DNA from: an uncultured Clostridium sp.
Lineage (GTDB): Bacteria > Bacillota > Clostridia > TANB77 > CAG-465
DNA: 45,193 nt
Assembly: GCA_964481385.1 (NCBI GenBank)
Contig: CAYZTN010000003.1
Location: 1-45,193 of the forward strand
Reading direction: 5' to 3'
The notes under the pieces are model-generated. The model made no database searches. It was not told the DNA's origin and was given only the letters and a program-made list of their open reading frames with translations. Shown here piece by piece: positions 1 through 10,718 of the stretch. How positions within the stretch are numbered: position 1 is the first letter of the stretch; each line of letters begins with the position of its first letter. The translations under genes and the position numbers were made by a program.

Positions 1-174
1 AATTTTAGGGCTTATGTTTAAATTTTTTTGGGACATTTTCAAAAATCATTGACATGGAAAATATTTAAGTTAAAACTATTGTCGATAACACTTCAAACTA
101 GTCGAAAGCATATAAAGTAAAAATCATATGTAATATAATAGCAAAAGAAATTTTAAATTATTTGGAGGCTAAAA

Positions 175-2524
175 ATGTATGAGTTTACAAAAAGAGCACA
201 AGTGGCACTAGAACATACTAAAACTTTTGCTAAAAGTATAAATTCAGGATATATTGGAACCGAGCATATTTTGTATGGCTTGATTAAAGAAGGAAAAGGC
301 TTGGCGTGTAAAATATTAGTTTCTCAATGTGTTACAGAAGATTCTGTAGAGGAGAGTATTGTAAGATTGCATGGGACGCCTAAAAAGCTAAGCAAAGTTG
401 AACCATCTCTTACGCCAAGAGCACATAGAGTGCTAGAGGAAAGTGTGAATGAAGCAGAACATTTAGCATGTAAATATGTCGGAACAGAACATATTTTAGC
501 AGCACTGTTAAAAGAAACAGACAGCATGGCGGTTAGAGTTTTAATAGATTTATCTGTAGACCCAAACAAAATACTATTGGAACTGCTTAAACTTACTGCC
601 GAAACTGAAGTGCTTAATAGTTCTAGTATTTTCAAAAGAGTTAATACACCAAATTTAGATATGTACGCGAAAGATTTAACTCGGACTTGCACGTGCTGGA
701 AAGCTTGATGAGGTGATTGGAAGAAGTGCAGAACTTGAAAGAACTATAAGTATTTTATCTAGATGTACTAAGAATAACCCATTGTTACTTGGTGAAGCAG
801 GCGTTGGTAAAACCGCTATAATTGAAGGACTAAGTTTAAAAATTGCTAAAGGAGAAGTTGGGGAAAACTTGCTAAATAAAAGAATTTTAATGTTAGACAT
901 CTCTTCTTTGGTAGCAGGTGCAAAGTATAGGGGGGACTTTGAAGAAAGACTAAAATCTTGTTTGCAAGAGGCAATGGAAGCAAAGGACATAATTATATTT
1001 ATAGACGAAATGCATACGCTAATTGGAGCTGGGGCTGCAGAAGGAGCAATAGATGCAGCAAATATTTTAAAACCGTTTTTGGCACGTTCGCAAATACAGT
1101 TAATTGGCATTACAACAAACGCAGAATACCAAAAGTATGTGGTAAAAGACAGTGCGTTTGCTCGTAGATTTCAAACTGTAATGGTAGAAGAACCGACTAT
1201 TGATGAGTGTTATGAAATAATAAAAGGCGTAAAAGCAAAATATGAAAAATACCACAAAATAATAATACCAGATAGCGTAATAAAATTTGCTATTCAAGAA
1301 TCTGTAAGGTATATTACCGAAAGAAATTTGCCAGATAAAGCAATAGATATAATAGACGAAGCTTGTACCAATTCACAAATTAAACTATTAAATGAAAAGA
1401 AGGACGGAAAAAGTGAACTGCAAGTTTTATTAAATAAAATAGATAACAAAAAGAAGTTGAAATCTATGACACTTACAAAAGAAGATGTTTGTGAGGTTAT
1501 AAGTCAATGGACTAAAATACCAGTATCAAAACTTAAATCAAAGGAAAGTAATAGGTACAAAAATATTGAGAAAAATTTGAAGTTAAGAATTATTGGCCAA
1601 GATGAAGCGATAGGAAAAATTTCTCACGCCATAGTGCGAAGTAGAGTAGGGCTAAAAGACCCAAAAAGACCAATAGGTACATTTTTGTTTATAGGGCCAA
1701 CAGGTGTTGGGAAAACTGAGCTAGTTAAAGCGTTAACAGAAGAATTATTTGAAAAGTCTGACGCTTTAATTAGACTAGATATGTCTGAGTTTTCTGAAGC
1801 ACATAGCGTAGCTAAACTTATAGGGTCACCACCAGGTTATGTAGGTTTTGGCGAACAGGGAATTTTAACAGATAAGATTAGAAAGAAGCCATATAGTATA
1901 ATTCTTTTTGACGAAATAGAAAAAGCACATTCGGATATATATAATGTGCTGTTACAAATATTAGATGATGGACGTTTAACGGACTCAACTGGGCGAGTAT
2001 GCGACTTTAAAAACACAATATGTATCATGACGTCTAATGTTGGTGCTAGGTGTATAACGGACAAAAATACGATGGGCTTTGTAAAGGTAAGTGATGAAAA
2101 AGAAGAATATGAAAAACTAAAGGCAGCTGTCATGAGTGAAGTAAACAAAAAGTTTAGTCCGGAGTTCTTGAATAGACTAGATGATATCATTGTGTTCAAT
2201 AGACTAAGTAAAACAAGTGTTAGAAAGATTGCAACAATATTATTAGAAGAAGTAAAAACTAGAGCAAAAGCTAAAGGAATTAAGGTTAACTTTGAAGATA
2301 GCGTAATAGAGTATATATCTACTGTTGGATTTGATTCTAAAAAAGGAGCAAGACCTATTAAAAGAGCGATTGAAAAAAATATAGAAGATAAATTTGCCGA
2401 GTTCGTTTTGGATAAAAAGATAAACTCAAAAGCGGAATTTAATGTAGCTTTTTCGAAGGAGATAAATGACATTGTTATTACTAAAAAGGAAGCTACAAAA
2501 AGGAAAAAGGAAGAGAAAGTATAA
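175..2524 (+). CDS. clpC: ATP-dependent Clp protease ATPase subunit ClpC, about 782 aa, spanning a +1 frameshift at CGGA 682-685 (ORFs 175-708 and 713-2524)
   Basis: GGAGG RBS before ATG175. Two Clp-N repeats (GTEHIL motifs). The +1 frame from 683 reads GLARAGKLDEVIGR into AAA1 (GEAGVGKT, IDEMH) and AAA2 (GPTGVGKT, FDEIEKAH, GSPPGYVG). Confidence 0.93.
682..685 (+). other. Putative +1 recoding site CGGA in clpC
   Basis: ...GAT TTA ACT CGG A CTT GCA CGT GCT GGA AAG CTT GAT. Frame 0 stops at TGA 706-708; frame +1 continues the ClpC consensus. Confidence 0.7.
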
Positions 2525-2529
2525 GTAAA

Positions 2530-2567
2530 TAAAATAGCCATAAGGTATAGACCTCGTGGCTATTTTA
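2530..2567. terminator. Bidirectional intrinsic terminator between convergent clpC and rmuC
   Basis: TAAAATAGCCA...TGGCTATTTTA stem with A/T tracts on both sides. Confidence 0.7.
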
Positions 2568-2570
2568 GTA

Positions 2571-3797
2571 TTAATCTTCTTCAACACTTTCATCGTCTGC
2601 TTGGTCAAGTGCCATATCATAAAACTCAGCTTCATTTGCAACTGGAAGTGCTTCCACATTTTTAAGCTTTCTTTCTATTGTACGAGTTTTGCGAGTTGCG
2701 TCACTCATAGTATTAGATATTTCCATTAGTTTTTTGTTTGTTTTATCTAGAAGATCTCCAAACTTGTTAAATTCAGTTTTAATTTTTCCTAAAAGCTCCC
2801 AAACTTCGCTAGAACGTTTTTCTATTGCAAGTGTCTTAAAGCCCATTTGTAAGCTGTTTATAAGAGCAACAAACGTAGACGGACCTGTAATTAAAACTCT
2901 GTATTTTTGAGTTAAAACTTCACATAAACTAGTATTTTTAATTACTTCACAATACAGACTTTCTGTAGGTAAGAACATTATTCCAAAGTCAGTTGTATAA
3001 GGCACATTAATGTATTTATCTGAAATTGCTTTAGCACATAATTTAATCTGAATTTCTAAGCTTTTTTTACATTCTGTAATAAGTGTTGTGTCTCCTGTTT
3101 CTTCAGCTTCTACAAGTCTCGAATAGTCTTCTACAGGAAACTTTGAGTCTACAGGAAGCAAGACTGTGTCAATTCCATTTTTGCCAGGAAGTTTAATTGC
3201 AAATTCTACAAAGTCATTCGTCTTTGGTTTTATTTTTACATTTGTAGAGTATTGTTCTGAAGTTAAGAATTGCTCTAATATGTTAGATAGTTGAACTTCT
3301 CCCCAGTAACCACGTGATTTTACATTTGTAAATACCTTTTTTAAATCTCCTACGCCTTGAGCTAAGTTTTGCATTTCTCCAAGTCCTTTATACACAGATT
3401 CAAGTCTGTCGTTAACAAGTTTAAAAGATTCTCCTAAACGTTGCTCTAATGTGTTTTGAAGTTTTTCGTCAACAGTCATTCTCATACGTTCTAGCTTATC
3501 GTTATTGTCTTTTTGAATATGTTGTAAGTTTTCGGCTACAGTTTTACGTATGTTCTCTAATTTTACTTCGTTTATAGTAGTTAGGTTTGTAAGACTGTTT
3601 TGTTGAATGTTTGTACTTTCAACGATTTTTGCGCCAATGGTACTCGCTAATTCTTCACGAGTAAGCCTTAATTGACTTGCAAGTTCATGCTTGATATCTT
3701 CTGACTTGTCGCGTTTTGAATTTTTAATTATAACTATGACAAGTAAAATTATTATTACGATTAGTGCTGCAATAATTAGAATTAAAGTAGGTTCCAT
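2571..3797 (-). CDS. rmuC: DNA recombination protein RmuC
   Basis: N-terminal TM helix, coiled coil, RGYWGEVQL, PVDSKFP and FGIMFLPTESLY motifs. ATG3797 follows a GAGGTG RBS. Confidence 0.93.
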   Translation of the reverse strand: MEPTLILIIAALIVIIILLVIVIIKNSKRDKSEDIKHELASQLRLTREELASTIGAKIVESTNIQQNSLTNLTTINEVKLENIRKTVAENLQHIQKDNNDKLERMRMTVDEKLQNTLEQRLGESFKLVNDRLESVYKGLGEMQNLAQGVGDLKKVFTNVKSRGYWGEVQLSNILEQFLTSEQYSTNVKIKPKTNDFVEFAIKLPGKNGIDTVLLPVDSKFPVEDYSRLVEAEETGDTTLITECKKSLEIQIKLCAKAISDKYINVPYTTDFGIMFLPTESLYCEVIKNTSLCEVLTQKYRVLITGPSTFVALINSLQMGFKTLAIEKRSSEVWELLGKIKTEFNKFGDLLDKTNKKLMEISNTMSDATRKTRTIERKLKNVEALPVANEAEFYDMALDQADDESVEED

Positions 3798-3894
3798 ATA
3801 TTTATACACCTCAATAACTATTATACTGAACAAAAGTTCATTTGTCAATGTTAAATTTCAAAAATCTGAAAATGTGTGATTTTCAAATTAAAGC

Positions 3895-3923
3895 TTGACA
3901 GGCTAAGGGTCGCATGGTAAACT
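3895..3923 (+). promoter_or_regulatory. Sigma-A-type promoter for the 4037 gene
   Basis: TTGACA-17 bp-TAAACT with extended TG. Confidence 0.55.
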
Positions 3924-4036
3924 AATCACATCTTGGTTTAATTTTTTCTAAAATTTATTTTTATTTGTATTTTTTCGTTTTTTAAATTTATTCAGAAAAT
4001 TTATTCGAAGATTATTTTATTCTTAGGAGGTCTAAA

Positions 4037-4675
4037 TTGAAATTATTATTACCTAAAAAAGCTGAAGTATTTCATAAATTATTTAGCAAAGTAGATAAAG
4101 ATGTGTTAAATGATATGATGTCAGCTGTTATGAAAACAAAATCCAAAGTAGCAGATATAGAGCTAGAAAGTTATGAAGATGTTTCTGCTAGCGGAGAGTA
4201 TATTACACCAGATTTTAAAGTTATATTAGAAGATGGTGCGGAGTACCATATTGAACTTGAACAATGTTTTTATCCAGAAATTATAGATAGGACGACTTAT
4301 CATTTAGAGTCTAGGTATTTGGCACAAGGCGAAAAATATATAGACTACAATGATTTTAAAAAAATAGCAGTTGTTGTAATTTTAGATTATACAATAGAAA
4401 ATTTAAAGGAATTTGAACGTCCGGACACAATGTGGCATATAAGTGAAGAAGAAACTGGTAAGATGTTAACGGATATAATGGAAATGCAGTTCTTTGAATT
4501 ACCAAAGCTATATGATGCATATAAGAAAGAGCCAGATAGTCTTAAATATCAATGGTTAATGTTTTTAAACGCACCAGATAGCGAAGAAGTTATGAATATT
4601 ATAAAAGAAAATAAGTATATTCGTGAAGCAATGAACGTATTAGAACAAATTAGTTGTGAAACTACTTTAATATAA
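4037..4675 (+). CDS. Rpn / PD-(D/E)XK nuclease family (PDDEXK_2-like) protein, divergent
   Basis: TTG start after AGGAGG. PDFKVILEDG..YHIELEQ, MEMQFFELPK and QWLMFL segments are typical of Rpn-family proteins. Confidence 0.7.
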   Translation: MKLLLPKKAEVFHKLFSKVDKDVLNDMMSAVMKTKSKVADIELESYEDVSASGEYITPDFKVILEDGAEYHIELEQCFYPEIIDRTTYHLESRYLAQGEKYIDYNDFKKIAVVVILDYTIENLKEFERPDTMWHISEEETGKMLTDIMEMQFFELPKLYDAYKKEPDSLKYQWLMFLNAPDSEEVMNIIKENKYIREAMNVLEQISCETTLI

Positions 4676-4780
4676 ACGTTGATGTATATGTAAAACTGAA
4701 AAAATACAACAATATATTACAGTTTTAAATTTAAACTTTTTTATCATTTAACCTGCAAAATTTTATTCAGGAGAAAATTT

Positions 4781-5809
4781 ATGAAGGATGAACAATTAAC
4801 AATAGAATCAGAAGAATCTTACAAAATAATTAGAAATAGTGTACTAAACGCACAAGCAAAATTGTACACAGCAGTAAATTCTGCAATGGTACAAGCATAT
4901 TGGGAAATAGGGCAAGAAATACATAAGGCATGTGGAGAAAATGATAGAGCAAAATACGGTAAGAAGCTATTAGGATATTTATCAGAACAGTTAACGAACG
5001 AATTTGGAAAGGGTTTTACAGTTACAAATTTAAAGAATATGAGACAATTTTATCGTACATTTCCAATTCGTCAGACAGTGTCTGACGAATTAAGCTGGTC
5101 ACATTATAATTTATTAATGAGAATTGAAGATGAAAAATCTAGACAATTTTATGCTAAGGAATGTGTAAAATCTAATTGGAGTGTTCGACAGTTAAAAAGA
5201 CAAATAGGAACATTCTATTATGAAAGGTTACTTGCAAGTCAAGATAAAGAAGCGGTATCAAAAGAAATAGAATTACAAGAAAAGGTAGAACCTAAAAATA
5301 TAATAAGGGATCCGTATGTATTAGAATTTTTAGACTTAGAAGGGAAAACAAGTTTTTATGAAAAAGATTTAGAACAAGCAATAATAGACCATTTGCAAAA
5401 ATTCTTATTAGAGTTAGGAAGAGGATTTTCCTTTGTATCGAGACAACAAAAAATAACTTTTGATGGTAGACATTTCTTTATCGATTTAGTATTCTACAAC
5501 TATATATTAAAATGTTTTGTAATAATAGATTTAAAATTAGGAGATTTGACACATCAAGATATAGGACAAATGCAAATGTATGTAAATTATTATACAAGGG
5601 AAATGATGAATGATGAAGATAATCCGCCAATAGGAATTATACTTTGTGCAGATAAAAGTGAGCAAGTTGTAAAATATACTTTGCCAGAAGATAATAATAA
5701 AATATTTGCTTCAAAGTACAAATTGTATTTGCCGACAGAAGAAGAATTAAAAAAAGAGCTGAATTTAGAAAACTATGTGAAAAAAGATGAAGATGGGACT
5801 ATTAAATAA
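4781..5809 (+). CDS. YhcG / DUF1016 PDDEXK nuclease-domain protein
   Basis: YWEIG, NLKNMRQFY, LSWSHY, WSVRQL, DPYVLEFL, LLELGRGF, IDLVFY and PIGIILC family motifs. Confidence 0.92.
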   Translation: MKDEQLTIESEESYKIIRNSVLNAQAKLYTAVNSAMVQAYWEIGQEIHKACGENDRAKYGKKLLGYLSEQLTNEFGKGFTVTNLKNMRQFYRTFPIRQTVSDELSWSHYNLLMRIEDEKSRQFYAKECVKSNWSVRQLKRQIGTFYYERLLASQDKEAVSKEIELQEKVEPKNIIRDPYVLEFLDLEGKTSFYEKDLEQAIIDHLQKFLLELGRGFSFVSRQQKITFDGRHFFIDLVFYNYILKCFVIIDLKLGDLTHQDIGQMQMYVNYYTREMMNDEDNPPIGIILCADKSEQVVKYTLPEDNNKIFASKYKLYLPTEEELKKELNLENYVKKDEDGTIK

Positions 5810-5848
5810 AAAACAAGGTGTGAATTACAGAAGCACACCTTGTTTTTT
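5808..5848 (+). terminator. Intrinsic terminator
   Basis: AAAAAACAAGGTGTG...CACACCTTGTTTTTT. Confidence 0.75.
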
Positions 5849-6116
5849 GTATCTATTCTGCTTTGATAATGATAATGCTAAAACAAATGTTATAAAACCT
5901 ACATTTATATATTGACTCTATCAATAAGCTATGTGAGTTTTAAAAGCACATGATATTTTTGTAGTTACAGTGATATAACAAGTTTTTTATTAAAAACATA
6001 TAGAACTTTTTAATGTAAAGAATACATAAATATCATTTGTGCTAATTTTCGACATTTTTTGCAGATAATTATGTAAAATTTCTTTTAAAAATTTTAATAT
6101 TTTTTTGAAAAAAGTA

Positions 6117-6180
6117 TTGCATTTGTTTTTCTATTTGATATAATATGGGTGTCAGTGGAGAAAAGTGGTACAAAGTGGAG
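6117..6180 (+). promoter_or_regulatory. dcw promoter with three MraZ-binding repeats
   Basis: TTGCAT(6117)-16 bp-TATAAT(6139) with TG. GTGGAG/GTGGTA/GTGGAG at 6155, 6165 and 6175 have 10-bp periodicity, matching the known MraZ box. Confidence 0.8.
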
Positions 6181-6193
6181 GAGGTGTAAAACC

Positions 6194-6625
6194 ATGTTAC
6201 TAGGTGAGTTTAACCATACTTTAGACGAAAAATCTAGGTTAATCGTTCCATCTAAGTTTAGAGATGACTTAGGTAGTACTTTTATAGTAACAAAAGGTTT
6301 TGACACATGTCTTTCAGTTTTCTCAATAGCAGAATGGCAAAATTTTGAAACAAAGTTAAAATCACTGCCATTATCTAACGAAAATGCAAGAAAATTTGTA
6401 AGGTATTTTACAGCAGGAGCTACAGAGTGCCAAGTAGACAAACAAGGAAGAATACTTATTCCACAAAACTTAAAAGAACATGCAGGCCTTAAAAAAGATA
6501 TTGTTTTCACTGGTGTTTCTACAAGAGCGGAAATATGGGATAAAGAAAAATGGGAGAAATATACAAGCGCAGATAATATTGACTTAAACGATATTGCTAT
6601 TCACATGTCAGAGTTTGGCATATGA
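6194..6625 (+). CDS. mraZ: Division/cell wall cluster transcriptional repressor MraZ
   Basis: GEFNHTLDEKSRLIVP and DKQGRILIP repeats; GGAGG RBS. Confidence 0.96.
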   Translation: MLLGEFNHTLDEKSRLIVPSKFRDDLGSTFIVTKGFDTCLSVFSIAEWQNFETKLKSLPLSNENARKFVRYFTAGATECQVDKQGRILIPQNLKEHAGLKKDIVFTGVSTRAEIWDKEKWEKYTSADNIDLNDIAIHMSEFGI

Positions 6626-6832
6626 TATAGATTTGCAAAAGATAAGATATAAAACAATAAACAAAAGAAGAGAATTTAGTAAACAAAAGCATAAAAACAA
6701 GGAAATAAGTACTTACTCGTACATATGATAAGATTTACATTACCTACAAAAGAAAAAGATATAATAAACAAAAGATAAAATAATGAATGTTTAAAATGAA
6801 TTTGAAATATAGTGAATGAGAGTGTGGCAATC

Positions 6833-7768
6833 ATGGCGGGGTTTAAACATATACCTGTATTAAAAAACGAAGTATTAGAATGTCTAGATATCAAAAAAGA
6901 TGGGGTCTATGTAGATGGAACCCTTGGTGGTGCTGGACATTCTTTCTGCATTGTGGAGAGACTGGAAAAATATGGGTCTCTTATTGGAATAGATAGAGAT
7001 TTGGACGCATTAAAGGCAGCAAAAGAAAGACTAAAAGACTTTCCAAATGTAATATATGTAAACAATAATCACGAAAATATAAAAGAAATATTACAGAGTT
7101 TGAATATAGAAAAAGTTGATGGAGTGTTGTTAGATTTAGGAGTTTCATCATATCAATTAGACGAGGCGAGTCGTGGTTTTAGTTATATGCACGATGCTCC
7201 ACTAGATATGAGAATGAATAGGGAAGATAAACTTACAGCACACTTCGTGGTAAATAAATACTCAGAAGAAAGCTTGGCAAGAATATTTTTTGAATATGGT
7301 GAAGAAAAGTATTCAAAAAGAATTGCAAAAGCGATAGTAGAGCAAAGGAAACAAAAAGAAATTGCTACAACATTTGAACTAGTGGAGTGTATCAAAAGTG
7401 CAATGCCACGTTCTGCGTTAAATGAAAAACAACACCCTGCAAAAAGAGTGTTTCAAGCAATTCGTATTGAAGTAAATGGTGAGTTAATAAATTTATCTGG
7501 CGCTTTAAAAGACGCAGTGCTTATGTTAAAACCAGGTGGAAGACTTGCTGTAATAACATTTCACTCACTAGAAGATAGAATAACAAAAAAGACTTTTGAA
7601 GAATTAGAAGGGCATTGTACTTGCCCAAAAGAACTTCCAAAATGTGTATGCAATAAAGTGTCTTACGGAAAAGTAATTACTAAAAAACCAATTACAGCTA
7701 CTGAGGAGGAGCTAAATGAAAATCCAAGGTCAAGAAGTGCAAAACTAAGGGTATTTGAGAGAATATAA
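6833..7768 (+). CDS. rsmH: 16S rRNA m4C1402 methyltransferase RsmH
   Basis: [42 protein letters not shown]. Confidence 0.97.
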   Translation: MAGFKHIPVLKNEVLECLDIKKDGVYVDGTLGGAGHSFCIVERLEKYGSLIGIDRDLDALKAAKERLKDFPNVIYVNNNHENIKEILQSLNIEKVDGVLLDLGVSSYQLDEASRGFSYMHDAPLDMRMNREDKLTAHFVVNKYSEESLARIFFEYGEEKYSKRIAKAIVEQRKQKEIATTFELVECIKSAMPRSALNEKQHPAKRVFQAIRIEVNGELINLSGALKDAVLMLKPGGRLAVITFHSLEDRITKKTFEELEGHCTCPKELPKCVCNKVSYGKVITKKPITATEEELNENPRSRSAKLRVFERI

Positions 7769-7786
7769 AAGGAAGGAGGGTGTCTT

Positions 7787-8257
7787 GTGGCACAGTCAAG
7801 TGTAGCTTATGATTTTGAGCCTGCTAAAAAAACAAAAGTTACAAAAAAGCCAGAGTTCAAAGTTATTAAAAATAAAAATTTAAATAAACATAAAGCACAT
7901 AAATCAAGCAAGACATCTTTAGTAATTTCTACTCTTTTAATATTTGCAATGCTCATTATAATAAATTATAGGTATAACATAATAAGCGAGAAAAATTTAA
8001 CAGTTCAAAGATTGCAAATGGCCGAGTCGGAAGCAAATGCTTTGCTTACAAACGCCGAGATTGAGTACAGCAAAATGGTGGATATAGTTGAGGTTGAAGC
8101 ATATGCAAAGCAACAACTTGGAATGCAAGAACCAGAAAAAAGTCAGATGGTATATATAGGAAGCAGTTACGCCGAAAATACAATTTCTGATTCAACTGAA
8201 AATGGCATTTCTAGCATTATTAATACAATAAAACAGAAGATAAATGAAATATTTTAG
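7787..8257 (+). CDS. ftsL: Cell division protein FtsL-like
   Basis: Located after rsmH; single TM, coiled coil, AKQQLGM motif; GGAGG RBS with GTG start. Confidence 0.75.
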   Translation: MAQSSVAYDFEPAKKTKVTKKPEFKVIKNKNLNKHKAHKSSKTSLVISTLLIFAMLIIINYRYNIISEKNLTVQRLQMAESEANALLTNAEIEYSKMVDIVEVEAYAKQQLGMQEPEKSQMVYIGSSYAENTISDSTENGISSIINTIKQKINEIF

Positions 8258-8343
8258 TAATAACCATAAGTTTCATAAAGTACAATGTAATAGTAGTTTA
8301 TTGAAATATATTATGGTTATTTGTGTATAAGGGAGGTAACAAT

Positions 8344-10518
8344 TTGGCTTTTGCGAGTGTAAAACATAAAAAAAGAGTGTTTATTTTGTTAGCCATAGCT
8401 ATTTTGGGCTTTCTTTTGGTAATAGGTAGACTTTTCTATGTTCAAATAATAAAAGGAGACTATTATCAAGAGTTGGCATATAAACAGCAAACAAAGGCGA
8501 GGGAAGTGGAAGCTAGCCGTGGTACTATATATGACTCTAAAGGTAACACTTTAGCTATAAGTGTGTCTTCAAATACTTTAACTATTGCGCCTACAAATCT
8601 TGCTGATGAGGATAAACAAAGTATTGCTGAAAATATTGCTAAGATTTTGGAACTGGACACAGATTCAGTGCTTGCTAAGTTAAATAAAAAAGTTTCTCTT
8701 GTAACAATAGCAAGTAATATACAAAAAGAAAAAGCAGTAAAACTTTCAGAGTATATTGCAGAAAATGAACTAAAAGGTGTGTATCTTGACGAATCTACTA
8801 CTCGTGCTTATCCATACGGTGCATTACTTTCTCAAGTTTTGGGCTTTACTGGTGTAGATAATCAGGGTCTGTTTGGCCTAGAGGTTGAATATGAAGATGA
8901 ACTATCTGGTGTTCCTGGTAAAATAGTGGGAAGCATAGATGGTGGTGGAAATGAAACGCCATATGATGAGGAAGAATATGTTGCGCCACAAAATGGTTAT
9001 GATTTAACCCTTACAATAGATGCTACAGTTCAGTCTATTGTAGAGAAAAACCTTGAAAAAGCTGTAATAGAAAATATTGCAGATTTTGGAACTTGCGTAA
9101 TAGTTAGACCATCTACTGGAGAAGTGCTTGCTATGGCCTCATACCCAGATTATGACCCGAACAATCCCTTTGAAGCACAAGACGCAGAAATAGTTGCTAA
9201 GTGGGACGAAATGACAACGAAAGAAAAAAATACATATTTAAACAATATGTGGCGTAACAAATGCATACAAGATACATATGAGCCGGGCTCAATATTTAAA
9301 GTAGTAACAGCTTGTACAGCATTAGAGGAAGGTGTGTCAGATACAGAGTCTAAAGTATATAACTGTAGTGGATATATGACGGTTTTAGGACAAAGAATAA
9401 AATGTTGGAGATATCCACGTACTCATGAAAGTGAGAGCTTGCGTGACGGAATTGTAGACTCATGTAACCCAACTCTTATGCAAGTTGCAGCAAGAGTTGG
9501 TGTGCAGACGTATTGTGACTATTTAGAAGCCTTAAATCTATATTCTACTACTGGAATAGATTTACCAGGAGAAGCGTCCGCACAAGCGTATAAAAAGTCC
9601 AACATGACAGAGCTAGATTTGGCTACTACATCATTTGGGCAAAACATTTCGACTAGTACGCTTCAAAATGCAATGATTTATGCAGCAATAGCAAACGGCG
9701 GATACTTAATGCAACCATATGTTGTAAAAGAAATAAAGACACAAGATGGAAATATAGTTGAGACTACTGAGCCTAAGGTGCTAAAGCAGGTTTATTCAAA
9801 AGATACAACAACTAAAATGATGAGCATGTTATATGATACAGTAAACAATGGAACTAGTAAAGCTGCACAAGCAACAGGATATGTTATTGCAGGAAAAACT
9901 GGTACAGCAGAAGAAGATAGAGTACTAAATACGTACATGGCTTCTTTTGCAGGAATTGCACCATATAACGATCCTGAAATTGCAATAGTAATATCTATAT
10001 ATAACCCAACAAGTTCGCAAGGACATATGGGAGGCGTTGTAGCAGCTCCAGTTGGTGGCACTATAATAGAAGAAGTATTAAGATATATGGACGTAGATCC
10101 AAACTACTCAATAGAAGAAAACGCTGAAGAAGAAATGATTGTGCCAAATTTAATAGGTTTAACATACAAAGCAGCAAAAGAAAAATTAAGCGAACTTAAC
10201 TTTAAAGTAGCTTGCGATAATGCTATTGCAGAAGATAAAATAATACAAGACCAAGTGCCAAAGTCAGGTGCAAGTATGACAAAAGGTGCAACAGTTAGAG
10301 TGTACGAAGACGCTACAGCTGCAAAAGCTACTACTATGGTACCAGATTTAAGAGGCTATTCTGTATCACGTGCAACAAGTATTGCAAGAAACTCAGGATT
10401 AAATATACGAGTAGTGGGAAGCGGTAGTGCGGTAATCCAGTACCCAAGTGCAGGCGAAGTTGTTACAAAAGGCTCAATAATTACAGTGAAATTTGCAGAT
10501 ACAACCGACTTGCATTAG
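8344..10518 (+). CDS. Class B penicillin-binding protein (SpoVD/FtsI family) with two PASTA domains
   Basis: RGTIYD, EPGSIFK (SxxK), SCN (SxN), KTGT, C-terminal PASTA repeats; TTG start after GGGAGG. Confidence 0.93.
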   Translation: MAFASVKHKKRVFILLAIAILGFLLVIGRLFYVQIIKGDYYQELAYKQQTKAREVEASRGTIYDSKGNTLAISVSSNTLTIAPTNLADEDKQSIAENIAKILELDTDSVLAKLNKKVSLVTIASNIQKEKAVKLSEYIAENELKGVYLDESTTRAYPYGALLSQVLGFTGVDNQGLFGLEVEYEDELSGVPGKIVGSIDGGGNETPYDEEEYVAPQNGYDLTLTIDATVQSIVEKNLEKAVIENIADFGTCVIVRPSTGEVLAMASYPDYDPNNPFEAQDAEIVAKWDEMTTKEKNTYLNNMWRNKCIQDTYEPGSIFKVVTACTALEEGVSDTESKVYNCSGYMTVLGQRIKCWRYPRTHESESLRDGIVDSCNPTLMQVAARVGVQTYCDYLEALNLYSTTGIDLPGEASAQAYKKSNMTELDLATTSFGQNISTSTLQNAMIYAAIANGGYLMQPYVVKEIKTQDGNIVETTEPKVLKQVYSKDTTTKMMSMLYDTVNNGTSKAAQATGYVIAGKTGTAEEDRVLNTYMASFAGIAPYNDPEIAIVISIYNPTSSQGHMGGVVAAPVGGTIIEEVLRYMDVDPNYSIEENAEEEMIVPNLIGLTYKAAKEKLSELNFKVACDNAIAEDKIIQDQVPKSGASMTKGATVRVYEDATAAKATTMVPDLRGYSVSRATSIARNSGLNIRVVGSGSAVIQYPSAGEVVTKGSIITVKFADTTDLH

Positions 10519-10542
10519 TGTGGTATAATATTAGTGCCATTG

Positions 10543-10650
10543 AGTGTCATGGTGTCATTGGGGACGTTTCTATTTGACACTATTTATCTATTAAATAGAA
10601 ACTATATGCTTAGTGTCAAATAGAAACGTCCCCAATGACACCATGACACT
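10543..10650. repeat. REPIN-like inverted doublet, copy 1
   Basis: Perfect 40-bp arms 10543-10582 and 10611-10650 (AGTGTCATGGTGTCATTGGGGACGTTTCTATTTGACACTA) with a 28-bp spacer. Confidence 0.9.
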
Positions 10651-10718
10651 GATGAAACCAATGAACATCAAATGTGTATGTTTTGAAAATTCAAAGCAAG
10701 ATTTTAGGAGGAAAATAT

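Noticed and set aside
175-708. clpC as a pseudogene or two separate genes
   Set aside because: A single +1 offset, no other lesions, and the same CGGA context as in secA. Recoding or a single sequence error is more parsimonious.
929-931. AGG or CGA also being recoded
   Set aside because: AGG is in frame at conserved Arg (ClpC KYRG; SecA GRNEP) and CGA occurs in frame in uninterrupted genes.
6623-6625. Stop-codon reassignment (TGA)
   Set aside because: TGA ends mraZ at its normal length and other genes terminate normally; no read-through is needed.
10543-10650. CRISPR array
   Set aside because: Units are inverted pairs at dispersed loci, not tandem direct repeats with spacers; no cas genes.
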